A DNA stretch of 60,703 nucleotides, the filler included, from Barthelona sp. PAP020 (Eukaryota): assembly GCA_040182905.1 (NCBI GenBank). It is 5 parts of 5 records of this genome, joined end to end, with 100 filler letters (N's around TTAATTAATTAA, not from the genome) between each part and the next. Parts side by side here need not be neighbours in the genome. Positions count along the whole stretch, not along the records: positions 12,185 to 24,263 come from JARQWU010000353.1; 4 more parts are not named here. One strand, written 5' to 3'. The position numbers were made by a program, and so were the translations under genes. This document shows, one piece after another, positions 12,085 through 22,800 of this stretch; the stretch's first letter is position 1, and every line of letters begins with the position of its first letter. Below the pieces are notes generated by a model, which saw nothing but the letters and a program-made list of their open reading frames with translations, was not told where the DNA came from and searched no databases.

Positions 12085-12184
12085 NNNNNNNNNNNNNNNN
12101 NNNNNNNNNNNNNNNNNNNNNNNNNNNNTTAATTAATTAANNNNNNNNNNNNNNNNNNNNNNNNNNNNNNNNNNNNNNNNNNNN
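12085..12184. other. Artificial 100-bp contig spacer
   Basis: N run with central TTAATTAATTAA (stops in all six frames). Confidence 0.97.
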
Positions 12185-12392
12185 CATAGGTGCAATTGCA
12201 AGCTTTTGAATCTTGGAAGGAAATTCAAAACCGACGGATGTTAATCCACGTAAAAGTTCATCATCTAAACCCATATCATCAAAATCCTCAATTTCCTACA
12301 TGTTAGAAAGACGCTAATTAAACTCATACCTGGTTGTAATTTGAGATGAATGTTAATTGTTGTTGTTCTGATTGTTGTTCTTGGTCAGACAT
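12185..12392 (-). CDS. eIF4A-like DEAD-box helicase, 5' fragment (exons 12392-12330 and 12295-12185)
   Basis: Spliced translation MSDQEQQSEQQQLTFISNYNQ|EIEDFDDMGLDDELLRGLTSVGFEFPSKIQKLAIAPM contains the Q-motif region; truncated by the gap and absent from the ORF track. Confidence 0.85.
12296..12329 (-). other. Spliceosomal intron, 34 nt, phase 0
   Basis: GTATGAGTTTAATTAGCGTCTTTCTAACATGTAG; CTAAC branch point 6 nt before the intron end; removal restores the frame. Confidence 0.85.
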
Positions 12393-12678
12393 TCTAAAAT
12401 AAAATAATATATTTATTTTTTCTGTGAAATCTTTGTCAATGCTTTCTTTTCAAACCAATTATTCTTTTTTCAAGGTTTCATGACAAAAATATTGGTTGAT
12501 AGAAAAATGACGAAAGTTTGGACTTTTTTCTATTCACAATCTTAATTATCATAAATCAAAAAATAAAGGCAATATAATCACTGTATGCATATTTTTGCTT
12601 GTGAATAGATAAAAAAAGAAGAAACAATAACCCGCCTTGAATTCAATTTATCTTTCATTGAATTTTCGAATAATAACG

Positions 12679-14811
12679 ATGCCATTTTCTTCTAAATCAT
12701 GTTTTGAAGGACAAAATGACTGGAGAAATATTCAGCAAGTTATTAGAACAACATTTTGTCAATTTGCTGATTTAATTCAACGACAACAAGAACAAATTCA
12801 AAGTTTAGAAAAACAATTGACAAATAAAATTGATAAAGGATTGTTTTATGATGAAATTGAAAAAAGAATGACTGAAAAGAGTGTAAAAACATTGAATTCA
12901 AAATTACAAGCGAGTATTGAAAGGTGTGTTACAAATGAAGATTTGGAATCTCGTTTAGTCACTCACAATTTAAGTTTGAATGATGAGATGAACACTATTA
13001 TCAATCGATTCAATGAACATCGTAATGAATATCAAAGTAATTTACGAGAATTAGAAGGTATTATTGAAAAAAAGTCAGATAAGGAGCCAGTAAATGTGAT
13101 GTTCGAAAGAATATTTAACACTATCAAGCAGTTGGATTCTTCTTTGAAGAAAAAGGCGGATATTTCATTTGTAAGCCGTGAACTAGAGGAAAGAGCTTGT
13201 GTAGATGATGTAAATACTGCATTGTCAACTCGAGTGACCAAAAAGCAATTAGAAGAAGCAATTTCTTCAAGAGCTTCAATTGAAAGTGTGAATGAGGCTT
13301 TATATTCAAAAGCTACAAAAGGAATGTTGATTGAGTCATTGAAAGATTGTGTAACTAGAACTGAGTTGGAGCAATCAATCAGAAATTGTATTAGTAATGA
13401 AGAGTTTAACAGATCAATGAATACAAAGCTTGATATTGTTGATTTTGAACAAAAAATTGAAGATTTACCGAAAAAAATGGTTTCTAAACAACATTTCAAT
13501 GAAATATTTGCAAATTTTGAGGAAAAGTTTGGAAAACAATTGAAAAATTTTGAAATATTTAAGAAAGATATTGCTGAATTACAGTTTGATGAACTTTTCA
13601 AAAAGTTCAATTATTTACCTGAAATGATTGATGCTGAACTGTCAAAGAAATTGGAAGATTTTTCGTTACAATTTAGTCGTCAAATAAATGATTTAGAAGC
13701 AAAGAATAGCTTGGAAATAAAGAATTTTGCTTCAAACATAAGGAGAGACACAAACAAGAAGCTATCAGAACAAACAGACAACATTTTTGGCAAAATTAAT
13801 ATGTATTTGGAGGACAAAGCGGATAATTCTGAAGTGAGCGAAGCCTTGATTCAAGCTAGAGAAGAAATTGATGCTGTTTGTGAGATGATTCGAACACTAA
13901 AAGAACAATTAAGTCATAAAATGAACAATAAAGTTGATTACAGTGAATTTGTTAGTCAATTGGAAACCAAGGTTGATATTCAAGAGTCAATGCCCTCAAA
14001 GGATCAAATTGATGAGCTGAGAAGATCAGTCGAGAAGAGAATAACTTCAGTTGACATGGAGACATTTGCTAATCAGGTATCTGAAGACATCTTCAATGTG
14101 AAGAAAAGCTTGGATCAAAAATTAGAAGCTAAGGTCAATGAACAATCAGAACAAGACATTTTGTTAAGAAAATCATTGATTAAACGTTTAGGTAATCTTG
14201 AAGAATCAATGGAAGGAAAAGTCAACATCAGAGATGTGTGTGTATTGCTTGATCAAAAGGCAAATGTTGACGATATCAATACTAGTTTGACCGTTGTAAA
14301 TGATGAATTGAATAGACGAGCCACAAATGAACTGATGGATGATTTTATGAAGAAACAAACATTGATCAATCAGTCGCTTGTTGTTGAAAATATGGTTGGT
14401 CGATGGGTTTGGAATACTGGAAGTAAAAAGCATTCAAATAGAGTTGTATGGGATGTTCAGTTAGTCAATACAAGTCCAGATAACTTTTTATGGAAATCTG
14501 GCAGATCTGCTATTGTTACTGAAATTCCAGGTTTGTATGAAATTTCTTTTGGTTTTTATTGTGAAAAGAAACCTACTGTTCAACTTTTAGTCAATGGACA
14601 ACCTATTTTAAGTGCTATAAATAATGCTTCTTATGTTGTACACCATTCTAGTGGAAGAATTGGAGATGTTTCAAGTGGTAATGAAGGTAACATTGCTGGA
14701 TTAACACTTATTGATTTCTTGGCGTTGCCCCCCAGAGCTAGAATCTCTATTGTATGTACTAGTCCTTCCAATAAACATATTGAAGGTTTCTTAGGCTTGA
14801 GAAAGTTATGA
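12679..14811 (+). CDS. Long coiled-coil protein with C-terminal C1q-like beta domain
   Basis: Repeated KAD/KVD/KAN-type helical units; C-terminal VWDVQLVNTSPDNFLW...PGLYEISFGFY...VQLLVNGQPI...GFLGLRKL; first ATG 12679. Confidence 0.75.
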   Translation: MPFSSKSCFEGQNDWRNIQQVIRTTFCQFADLIQRQQEQIQSLEKQLTNKIDKGLFYDEIEKRMTEKSVKTLNSKLQASIERCVTNEDLESRLVTHNLSLNDEMNTIINRFNEHRNEYQSNLRELEGIIEKKSDKEPVNVMFERIFNTIKQLDSSLKKKADISFVSRELEERACVDDVNTALSTRVTKKQLEEAISSRASIESVNEALYSKATKGMLIESLKDCVTRTELEQSIRNCISNEEFNRSMNTKLDIVDFEQKIEDLPKKMVSKQHFNEIFANFEEKFGKQLKNFEIFKKDIAELQFDELFKKFNYLPEMIDAELSKKLEDFSLQFSRQINDLEAKNSLEIKNFASNIRRDTNKKLSEQTDNIFGKINMYLEDKADNSEVSEALIQAREEIDAVCEMIRTLKEQLSHKMNNKVDYSEFVSQLETKVDIQESMPSKDQIDELRRSVEKRITSVDMETFANQVSEDIFNVKKSLDQKLEAKVNEQSEQDILLRKSLIKRLGNLEESMEGKVNIRDVCVLLDQKANVDDINTSLTVVNDELNRRATNELMDDFMKKQTLINQSLVVENMVGRWVWNTGSKKHSNRVVWDVQLVNTSPDNFLWKSGRSAIVTEIPGLYEISFGFYCEKKPTVQLLVNGQPILSAINNASYVVHHSSGRIGDVSSGNEGNIAGLTLIDFLALPPRARISIVCTSPSNKHIEGFLGLRKL

Positions 14812-15280
14812 TAGAAGTAAATTTGTTTAAAAAAGATCAAAAATTTATTTTTCCAATTTGTGTGAAGTTGTTTGTAATCTGCCAATTTTTTTTGGGAATT
14901 GAAACTTTCTGTTCATCCTTTTTCTCCTTTAATACAAACCTTTACAGTATCCAGTCTGAAAACTTTTTACCTTTTATTAGAGCTCTGCAAGAAATCTTGT
15001 GTAATTGGGCATATTTCAAGAGCATCGAGCCATTGGGCTCCTTTAAACAATTTTTATTACAATAGTTTCACACAACAGACAGAATATGTGTCTTCTCCTT
15101 TGCTTCTGAAGTAAAAGCGTTAAGACCGAGATGCAGAAAGGAATACTGAATCCATCAATGTAAACGTAGTTAACCTTCTATTATTATCTAATCACCTGAG
15201 GCCGGCCTCAAAGTATGAAAATATTGTAAAATGTTTCAACAAAGAAAAAATAAACAAATGAATTTTACACAATATTAACA

Positions 15281-16765
15281 CTAATCATCATCTGTTGATG
15301 AACTATTTTCATCGAATTGATCAAAGTTTCCACCATTGTGAACATTAATTTTACAAAGATCAAATACATTTTCAATAATCTTCTCAAATTCTTCTTCACT
15401 TACACACAAACCAAGACTAACCAAATACCTTTGAACTTTAACATCCAATTTTTCAACAAATGGTAAAATCAAACCACCACCATTCCAAGATTCTTTGACT
15501 AGTTCGTTTGCACATTTTTTAAAAACTTTACCAACGTTGGAAAAAGAACTTTCATTCTCATAAACCCTAATTTTGCTATCTGTACATTTTCCAACCACAA
15601 AATAATTCTCATCAACGCAATCAACACAAAGTGATGACCAATTTCCAATACCAACACCAAACCTTTGTATTATTTCTCCTGTCATGCAATTTATAAGGAG
15701 AACAGTTCCATCATCACAACAACAAACAGCATTAGTGTCATCTTGTGCAATATAAATGTCCCAAATATTACCAACATTCATTTGACGAACCTTGTCACCT
15801 GTTTCCACATTCCAAAATAAAAGTAACCCATCTTCGGCTCCAGACAAGAAGAATTTCCCATCGTGAGTAAATTTCACAGCTCGAATATCACGTCCAGCCT
15901 CATGTGCACAAAAGTTCTTAACGATTGCATAATTGTTATCCAGATCAATCATTTCAATATTGTTATCCTTTCCACACGTTAAAAGGAAATTATTAAACAA
16001 CGCAAAGCGCCATATCCAACTGGTATGGACAAAAACTTCATCAACTTTATTTCCCTGCTCATCAATAATCACGATATTTCCATTAAAATCCGCAACAATA
16101 TACTTGTCCTTGTAGTGTATGACTTCATTCAATCCGCCTTCATGGTTGTAATCCAATAAAACTTCAAAATTTTCAAGACTAACAACTATCATATGCCCAT
16201 TGTTTGAGACATAAACAAAACTTTTACAATCTTCTTTAATCCAAACCTTTCTCACATCACCATCATCAGATATAATCTCATGTAAAACATTGAAATTGTC
16301 TTGAACATCAAATACAGACATCCTACCATTGTCTTGACAAGAAATCATATAGCGGCCATCTTTTGAGCCAATTAGCGCATATAAATACCCACCAGTCATA
16401 TCAAGTTCCCTGTATGAATCTTCTTTTATTGAATTCAAACCAGAATTCAAAATTGCATCAGGATATCGAAAAAAAGACCCAATTAAAGACCTTGTTTCAG
16501 TATTTTTATGGTTGAATAAATATTTAAACGAGCTTTTCAACACATATCTTTTATCTAATAAGAAATCCAAACTTTTTTTCCAAATATTATCAATTAAAAA
16601 CTTCACTAAGGGTTGAATCTTTTGAACATTGTATTCATTGTCACCATTTACTTTTTTCAACAGCTCCAAACTTTTACTATCACTCAAAGTTTCATTACTC
16701 AGTACAGAAATGTTTAAAGCATCCCTATAATATTTTTCAACGGTTTCGTCCACTAATATTTCCAT
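15281..16765 (-). CDS. WD40-repeat protein with shared C-terminal DLxxxNxxNGGN module (divergent copy)
   Basis: WD repeats (HTSWIWRF...LLTCGKDNNI; DIRAVKFTHDGKFFLSGAEDGLLLFWN); tail RYLVSLGLCVSEEEFEKIIENVFDLCKINVHNGGNF; first ATG 16765. Confidence 0.85.
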   Translation of the reverse strand: MEILVDETVEKYYRDALNISVLSNETLSDSKSLELLKKVNGDNEYNVQKIQPLVKFLIDNIWKKSLDFLLDKRYVLKSSFKYLFNHKNTETRSLIGSFFRYPDAILNSGLNSIKEDSYRELDMTGGYLYALIGSKDGRYMISCQDNGRMSVFDVQDNFNVLHEIISDDGDVRKVWIKEDCKSFVYVSNNGHMIVVSLENFEVLLDYNHEGGLNEVIHYKDKYIVADFNGNIVIIDEQGNKVDEVFVHTSWIWRFALFNNFLLTCGKDNNIEMIDLDNNYAIVKNFCAHEAGRDIRAVKFTHDGKFFLSGAEDGLLLFWNVETGDKVRQMNVGNIWDIYIAQDDTNAVCCCDDGTVLLINCMTGEIIQRFGVGIGNWSSLCVDCVDENYFVVGKCTDSKIRVYENESSFSNVGKVFKKCANELVKESWNGGGLILPFVEKLDVKVQRYLVSLGLCVSEEEFEKIIENVFDLCKINVHNGGNFDQFDENSSSTDDD

Positions 16766-17177
16766 TTTAAAATAATTTGACAGTTGAAATGCCCTAAAAA
16801 AAAAATTCTCTGCTTCCTTTTCAGATTCAAGCACTAAATTTTTACTTTTATATTAAGCGCTTTCATTTTCTCTGTGATTAAAATCTCTTTCATGTTTTAT
16901 TCTGGTTGAAGTCTTTGTTCCTTTCAATTGAAAGAAAAAAAATCCATAAAAACAATAAACAATTGGTGATTATTTTATTGAAAATGATATTTATGAGCTT
17001 TTTAATTTTTGGCAACAATAAAAGGAAGAATGAAAGAAAATGGCGAAAATGAAGAGTATAATATTTTGGCTGTAAATAGGAAGAATTGCAAAATATTGTT
17101 GAAAGAAGGAAATTGTCCAAAAACAGCGTCTTGGAAAGAAAATGAACAAGATTTTACATTTTTTTTTTCTGTCGAAT

Positions 17178-17912
17178 ATGGATTTTAAGAGCGTTAAAAT
17201 ACCTTTCAGTTCTGCTTTAAAGAATCACAGGTCAATTAGAAATGGGTATGATGGAAAAAATCGATTTCCAATGGAATTGAGACCCATTTTTTCCAGACAA
17301 GAATATGAAGAAATTACACAGAGATTATCTGATTCAGTTGAAATTCCCAATCCATCTGGTTTGATTTGTTTTTTAGTATGTTGTATTTTTATGGTTTTTC
17401 TTGGTATTATGACAATGGCTTTGGCTATTATTTTTATTGGTGTCTTTATGATTGCTGTTAATATGGCATTGATTATTGGGGGAGTTTCTGGTATTGTGAT
17501 TGCTACCACAAAATTAAATAGTACAGACACGACTGAATTTCAAGTTATTCTTTCTCAACTGAACGGACAGTATTATGATCATAGAATAACTTTTGAAGCA
17601 ATCAACACTTTTAGTGCTGGAGATGATGGTAATTATACTGTAACCATTAAATTTCCTACCAATTTGGATCGTTCAAATAATTTCCAATCATTTAATCAAC
17701 AACGTTCAGGACAAATGATGGGAAATCAGATGGTGGGAAATCAAGTCATGGTTAATCAAATGACTGGCCCTTACAGCGAAATTCCTGTAAATCAACCTTA
17801 TCAAAACCAACCTCAGAATGGATTTGTTGATTATCAACAAAATCAAGCTTCATATTTTAATCCTGACTTTTATCAAAAATCTGATTATAATCCTTATGAT
17901 CCCAATCAATAA
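17178..17912 (+). CDS. Membrane protein with Erf4/Golgin-A7-like N-terminus, hydrophobic hairpin and Q/N/P/Y-rich tail
   Basis: FPMELRPIFSRQEYEEITQRLS resembles the Erf4 helix; ~45-aa hydrophobic segment; alternative ATG at 17142. Confidence 0.55.
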   Translation: MDFKSVKIPFSSALKNHRSIRNGYDGKNRFPMELRPIFSRQEYEEITQRLSDSVEIPNPSGLICFLVCCIFMVFLGIMTMALAIIFIGVFMIAVNMALIIGGVSGIVIATTKLNSTDTTEFQVILSQLNGQYYDHRITFEAINTFSAGDDGNYTVTIKFPTNLDRSNNFQSFNQQRSGQMMGNQMVGNQVMVNQMTGPYSEIPVNQPYQNQPQNGFVDYQQNQASYFNPDFYQKSDYNPYDPNQ

Positions 17913-18487
17913 TTTGCATATAAAATAAACAAATGTTTCAAAATTTACATTTTTTTTCCTTTGTACAAAACGTTTTAAACTTTCCAAACTTTAGAATTGA
18001 CGCCTCATTAATTATTGAATAATAGACCTTTGTCTCTATTCATATCTGAAGTTGGCAGTTCAGCGTTTCTTTCAGGAACCTTTCAGGTATAACTCTTTTA
18101 TTTCATAGACTTTCCCATGCTAGGAGGGCTGTCCTGTCCGGTGTGTGAAATTTTTGCAATACTAATTGTTCAAAAGAAACGAAAGGCTTTGATATTCTTG
18201 AAATTCTTCCAAAATGTACAAGATTTCCTGCGGTTCACTTTTAAATTGTTAAAATTTTCGAAAAGTTGATGGTAAAGTTTCGCATTTAAGGAAAAAAGAA
18301 AGGACAGGAAATTTTGATCCTGCAAAAATAATCGCATTGTAAACAACTCTGATTTTCTTTTTTTTTTTTGAAGAAAAAAGAAACTTGTCAACGACACATC
18401 TTTACAATAAAAAATCTCAAAAACATAAATGAAAGAAGAACACATGTAAAGGAAAACAATTGTGAGGAGATACGAATTTGCATGTTC

Positions 18488-19669
18488 TTAAGTTTCACTG
18501 TCATCATCATCTTCATTCATACCATCATTCTTATTGATAAAATTATGCATATTACCACCATTAATCTCGTTAACATCAATTAAATCCCAACATGAGTCAA
18601 CAATCATATCATATTCCTCTTGATTCATAAACACTCCCGCGGCTACCAACTGCCGAATGTCATTTATGTCAAACTTTAGATCAATAACACTAGCTAAAAC
18701 AAACTCTTTCTCTTTTGACAATTTCACAAGTTCGGTTTGCTGTGTCAAGTTGCATGAAACAGGGTACACTTTTAAAATGTTATTTTCACAAGTTCCACAT
18801 GCCAATTGAGTTAGATCAGGTGATATGGCAAAGGAAAACCAAGTACCATCATCATTAAAGCGAATTCTTTGAATCTCTCGATAAGTATTAACGTTATATG
18901 AAGTAATATATCCATCATCTGAGATGATGAGCAAAATAGAAGATGTTAAAAAATGAACATTCCATGCACATCCTCCCAAATGAAAAACTTGAAGAAGCGA
19001 TCCATTCTCAGTATTCCACAGTTTAACAGTATCAGCTTCATCTCCAACAGCAACAATACTTTTGGTTGGATGCAAATCCATACCCCTTACACATGCTTCT
19101 TGATTAAATGAAGAAATAACAGAAAAATTATCGATATCAATCAATTTAACAAGTTTATCATTGCTTCCACTCAAAATATATTTACCACAGCCTGAAAGTT
19201 TCAAATTTGTAATCCAACTGGAGTGAGTTTTTGATTCTAAGATAACATTTCTGTTAGTCACATCCCATTTCTTAAGATTTGCACCATAATCCCCAGAGTA
19301 CAGGTAATTTGAACAAGGAGAAAAACGAATAACACAAAAAGGATCTTCATTCCTCATAACACCTAATTTTCGAAAATCTTTAAGACTGTAAATAATAATT
19401 TGAAGATCATCAGAACATGTTGCCATCAATTCTCCGTTTGGTGAAAAAGAAATTGATGTAATACTGCCCATATGATCCATCAAAGTTCGATTCAATTCAC
19501 CTGTTTTTGCATCAATTACATGTAATTCTGCAAAACTTCCAAGCACTAAATACTCGCCATTTAGTGAATATGCACATGTATATGTGGAATCAGAAAGAAT
19601 TCCTTCAATTTCTCTAACTCCTTTTTCATCAATTTGATAATGTTGAATTTCACAAATATTTTCCTTCAT
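18488..19669 (-). CDS. WD40-repeat protein with shared C-terminal CWDLxDxNExNGGN module
   Basis: About 7 WD repeats (HMGSITSISFSPNGELMATCSDD; LKKWD; VKLWN); tail IRQLVAAGVFMNQEEYDMIVDSCWDLIDVNEINGGNM. Confidence 0.9.
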   Translation of the reverse strand: MKENICEIQHYQIDEKGVREIEGILSDSTYTCAYSLNGEYLVLGSFAELHVIDAKTGELNRTLMDHMGSITSISFSPNGELMATCSDDLQIIIYSLKDFRKLGVMRNEDPFCVIRFSPCSNYLYSGDYGANLKKWDVTNRNVILESKTHSSWITNLKLSGCGKYILSGSNDKLVKLIDIDNFSVISSFNQEACVRGMDLHPTKSIVAVGDEADTVKLWNTENGSLLQVFHLGGCAWNVHFLTSSILLIISDDGYITSYNVNTYREIQRIRFNDDGTWFSFAISPDLTQLACGTCENNILKVYPVSCNLTQQTELVKLSKEKEFVLASVIDLKFDINDIRQLVAAGVFMNQEEYDMIVDSCWDLIDVNEINGGNMHNFINKNDGMNEDDDDSET

Positions 19670-20272
19670 CAATTCTCTTCTTAAGCTCAAACACATAAAT
19701 AACTTATTGATAAAAGAAAATTCTGTTCATTTTCTCGAAAAATCTGTTCTTTTCCTTTTCTAAGCACTATTTTTTTTGATTTTCCACATTGGATTTTTGC
19801 TTTTTGACAGAATAAATGCACTTTTTTTTTGTTGAAACCATTCTTCACGGTTTTTTCTATAATTTTTTTGAAATTTTTTCACACAGTTGACAACACAATA
19901 AACTCCATCAAAATGATAAATTACCTTTTATGTGAACCAACAAATATGCAAAAAATAAGAACAACTAATTTCATCTCCTAATTACGAAAACCCTTTGGAA
20001 TTATTGCCCCTAGAATACTATGAACTAAGTTCAAGCTCAGTAATCATAAAAATGTAAAAAAGAAAAAATACTAAAAATTTTTACGGTCGAAGAATTCTCA
20101 CAAAAATTTCCACATGTGCATCTTTAACATATTTCAAGGTCATTATTTTTTTAATGCCATTATTTCTGGATAAATTCATGGATTTACATTTTTCAAAATC
20201 AGAGAAGCCAAAAAGACAATATTTTTCGAAACACATAAATATTGCACTTTGTTGTCCGTAATTTACATATTT

Positions 20273-21421
20273 TTAATCATCATTTTCACTGTATTCACAA
20301 CCAGAAAACACATGTAGATTTCCCCCAGTGGATTGGTTTATGTCAATTAAATCCCAGCAATCATCAATAATCATGCAATATTCCTCTTGATTCACCATGA
20401 TTCCTGAGCTCACAAGCTGTCTAATGACAGAAGTATTTATACCCATTGATTTAAGAACTTCAATAACATAACCACCATTCTTTGACAATTCAATAAGCTT
20501 TGAATGAACTGAAGAGTTGTATAATGGCACAATTGAATAAACTTTAATAGTATTATTGGGACATTTTCCACAGCTTAACTTCCTTTTGTCGGGTGATATT
20601 GCAAAAGAAAAATGATAATTTTCACAACCACAAAAAAACCTTTGAATCTGTTGAAAAGCATTTATGCTGTATGACGTAATGTAACCATCACCAGACATGA
20701 CAAGTAGGATGTTGGATGTTAAGAAATTAAGACGCCCACGTGGACCACATACATCAAATGTACGAATGAGGTTTGCATCATTCAGATTCCAGAGACTGAC
20801 TTCGTTTGTCCAATCAATCACAGCAATTATTGTATCTGTTGCATTAAAGTCAATATCAACAATTCTGTCTTTTCCACAAAAAGTTTGAAAGATGAAGAAA
20901 GAATCAGGGTCAATTAAATTCACCGTTTTATCAAAACTTCCACTCAAAAGATATTTCCCATTTGAAGAAGTTGTTAATTTACAAATATTACTGAAATGAA
21001 TTTTTGCTTCCAAAACAATAGTATTCTTATGTAGGTCCCATTTTTTAAGATTTCCATTCTTGTCTCCGATAAAAAGAAAATTAGAACAATGAGAAAAACA
21101 AATTGCATCAACAACTTCATCCAACAATATTTTATACGCTGAAAAATCTTTAATGTTGTATATAAATACAGACTTACCATATGAATAGGTAGCACACATA
21201 TTCCCATTTGGAGAAAATGCAATAGCAGCAACGTGAAATCTATGATCTGTTAATGTAAGAAGTGGTTCTTCAGTTTCAACATTAAATACATGCATCTTAC
21301 CAAATCCACTGCAAATTACCAACTTTGTACCATCCATTGAATATTCACAATCATAAATACTCCAAGAAATCACATCTTCAATAATCTTCTCATTTTCCTC
21401 CTGGATTTGCCAGGACAACAT
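20273..21421 (-). CDS. WD40-repeat protein with shared C-terminal module; tandem paralogue of 18488..19669
   Basis: Colinear similarity to neighbour (NLKKWD, GKYLLSGS, DGYITSY, FSFAISPD); tail IRQLVSSGIMVNQEEYCMIIDDCWDLIDINQSTGGNL. Confidence 0.9.
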   Translation of the reverse strand: MLSWQIQEENEKIIEDVISWSIYDCEYSMDGTKLVICSGFGKMHVFNVETEEPLLTLTDHRFHVAAIAFSPNGNMCATYSYGKSVFIYNIKDFSAYKILLDEVVDAICFSHCSNFLFIGDKNGNLKKWDLHKNTIVLEAKIHFSNICKLTTSSNGKYLLSGSFDKTVNLIDPDSFFIFQTFCGKDRIVDIDFNATDTIIAVIDWTNEVSLWNLNDANLIRTFDVCGPRGRLNFLTSNILLVMSGDGYITSYSINAFQQIQRFFCGCENYHFSFAISPDKRKLSCGKCPNNTIKVYSIVPLYNSSVHSKLIELSKNGGYVIEVLKSMGINTSVIRQLVSSGIMVNQEEYCMIIDDCWDLIDINQSTGGNLHVFSGCEYSENDD

Positions 21422-21660
21422 ATCATGAATCTCTTTCCAAATCGATTCTTTCCTAGTTTCAACAAGTATTGGTTTATCGTCAGGAAAAAAATATTAAATT
21501 GGGGAAATGATCCTTTTTGTAATCATTAAAAGGTGTTCACTTTTGAAAGAATTGAACAGGTTGCTGGAACATTTTGCAAAAAAATAAAGAGAAAATCGTT
21601 TTTATTCAATAGAATAACTTAAACCACATTTAATTCACAAATAAAGCAACTTATTGATGT

Positions 21661-22530
21661 TTAATATGATTCAGCATCTTCAATTTCTAATTGTACCGTG
21701 AATCCGTCAACTCCTAATTGCATTCCTTCGACTAATCGGTCTTCAAATTCTTTATGAGTAACATAATTACTCAAATGTGTGAGAACAGCCTTTTTAGCAT
21801 TCATTTTTTTGAACATTTCTTCACATTCAGTCAATGTGGGATGATTACTGTGGGGTGGAATATTGTAAAAGTCCAACACTACCATATCAACGTCCTGCAA
21901 AACTTCATAAGCATGATCCGGCAAGACTTTTATATCTGTCAAATAAGCAAGGGGTCCAACTCTAAACCCTATCACAGCACCACTTTGTCCATGTGATCCA
22001 AGAATTGTTTCAAAGGCCAAACCTGCAATAATAATTGTTGAACTTGGTTCAAATTCCCTCAAATTTAAATTGGGTGTTCCTGTATTGGCATTTTTACCCG
22101 AATTAAAACAATAGTCAAATTTTTTCAAAATATTGTTTACGTGTAAATTTGAACAATGAACATTTATACAAGGGGATTTTCCAGCCTTTTCCATCAAAAA
22201 ACACAGCAATCTCAAATCATTCATTCCAAGAATGTGATCAGCATGATCATGTGTGATAAATACACCATCACATCTTGTTATGCAATTGGTTGGATATGAA
22301 TAGCCATAATCTTCTTTGTAAGGATTTTGAAGTTGATGCATCAAATCAGGTCCAACATCAATAAGGATTGTTCTTCCATCTTCCATATTCCTTAACATTG
22401 CGCCAGGTCTTCTTCTATGATCTCTTGGATCTTCTGACCACATTTCAGGTATTCCTAACACTGGATTCAATTGTGAAGAACCAGTACCTGTCAAAATAAA
22501 TTCCCATTTTGTTTTTTTTCCGTTTGTCAT
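21661..22530 (-). CDS. Metallo-beta-lactamase-fold hydrolase, PhnP-like phosphodiesterase
   Basis: LTGTGSS, ILIDVGPD, THDHADHILG (HxHxDH), SHG...GFRVGPLAYLTD, LTHLS; first ATG 22530. Confidence 0.88.
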   Translation of the reverse strand: MTNGKKTKWEFILTGTGSSQLNPVLGIPEMWSEDPRDHRRRPGAMLRNMEDGRTILIDVGPDLMHQLQNPYKEDYGYSYPTNCITRCDGVFITHDHADHILGMNDLRLLCFLMEKAGKSPCINVHCSNLHVNNILKKFDYCFNSGKNANTGTPNLNLREFEPSSTIIIAGLAFETILGSHGQSGAVIGFRVGPLAYLTDIKVLPDHAYEVLQDVDMVVLDFYNIPPHSNHPTLTECEEMFKKMNAKKAVLTHLSNYVTHKEFEDRLVEGMQLGVDGFTVQLEIEDAESY

Positions 22531-22800
22531 AAATATAAAAATAAAAAGTACTTGATAATAAAAAAAAATATAACATAAGTACAAAACAAAAAGTTGAACA
22601 ACACCACAAATTTTCTTTTCTGGATTAGATTAATTATAAACGCACATTTAAATAGTAATTCTTAAACTTCATACATCCAATAAGTGTTTCAGAACACAAA
22701 AGAAAAATCTTCAATTCAATTTAATATTTCATCAATGGATGATTTGAGTTATTTTTAAGCTTAATCATTATATTATAGTTAAAAACACACATATTAGGAA

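Noticed and set aside
12129..12140. TTAATTAATTAA palindrome recurring four times as a biological repeat
   Set aside because: Always centred in an N run; it is an artificial six-frame stop linker.
14808..15190. Possible gene or RNase P/MRP RNA between the C1q-like and WD40 genes
   Set aside because: All frames are short or interrupted and no convincing CR-I/CR-V motifs were found.
15500..15530. VFKKCANEL as an Elongin-C BC-box, making the family ordinary SOCS-box proteins
   Set aside because: The Cys pattern occurs in only one of five members and no cullin box follows; profile comparison is needed.
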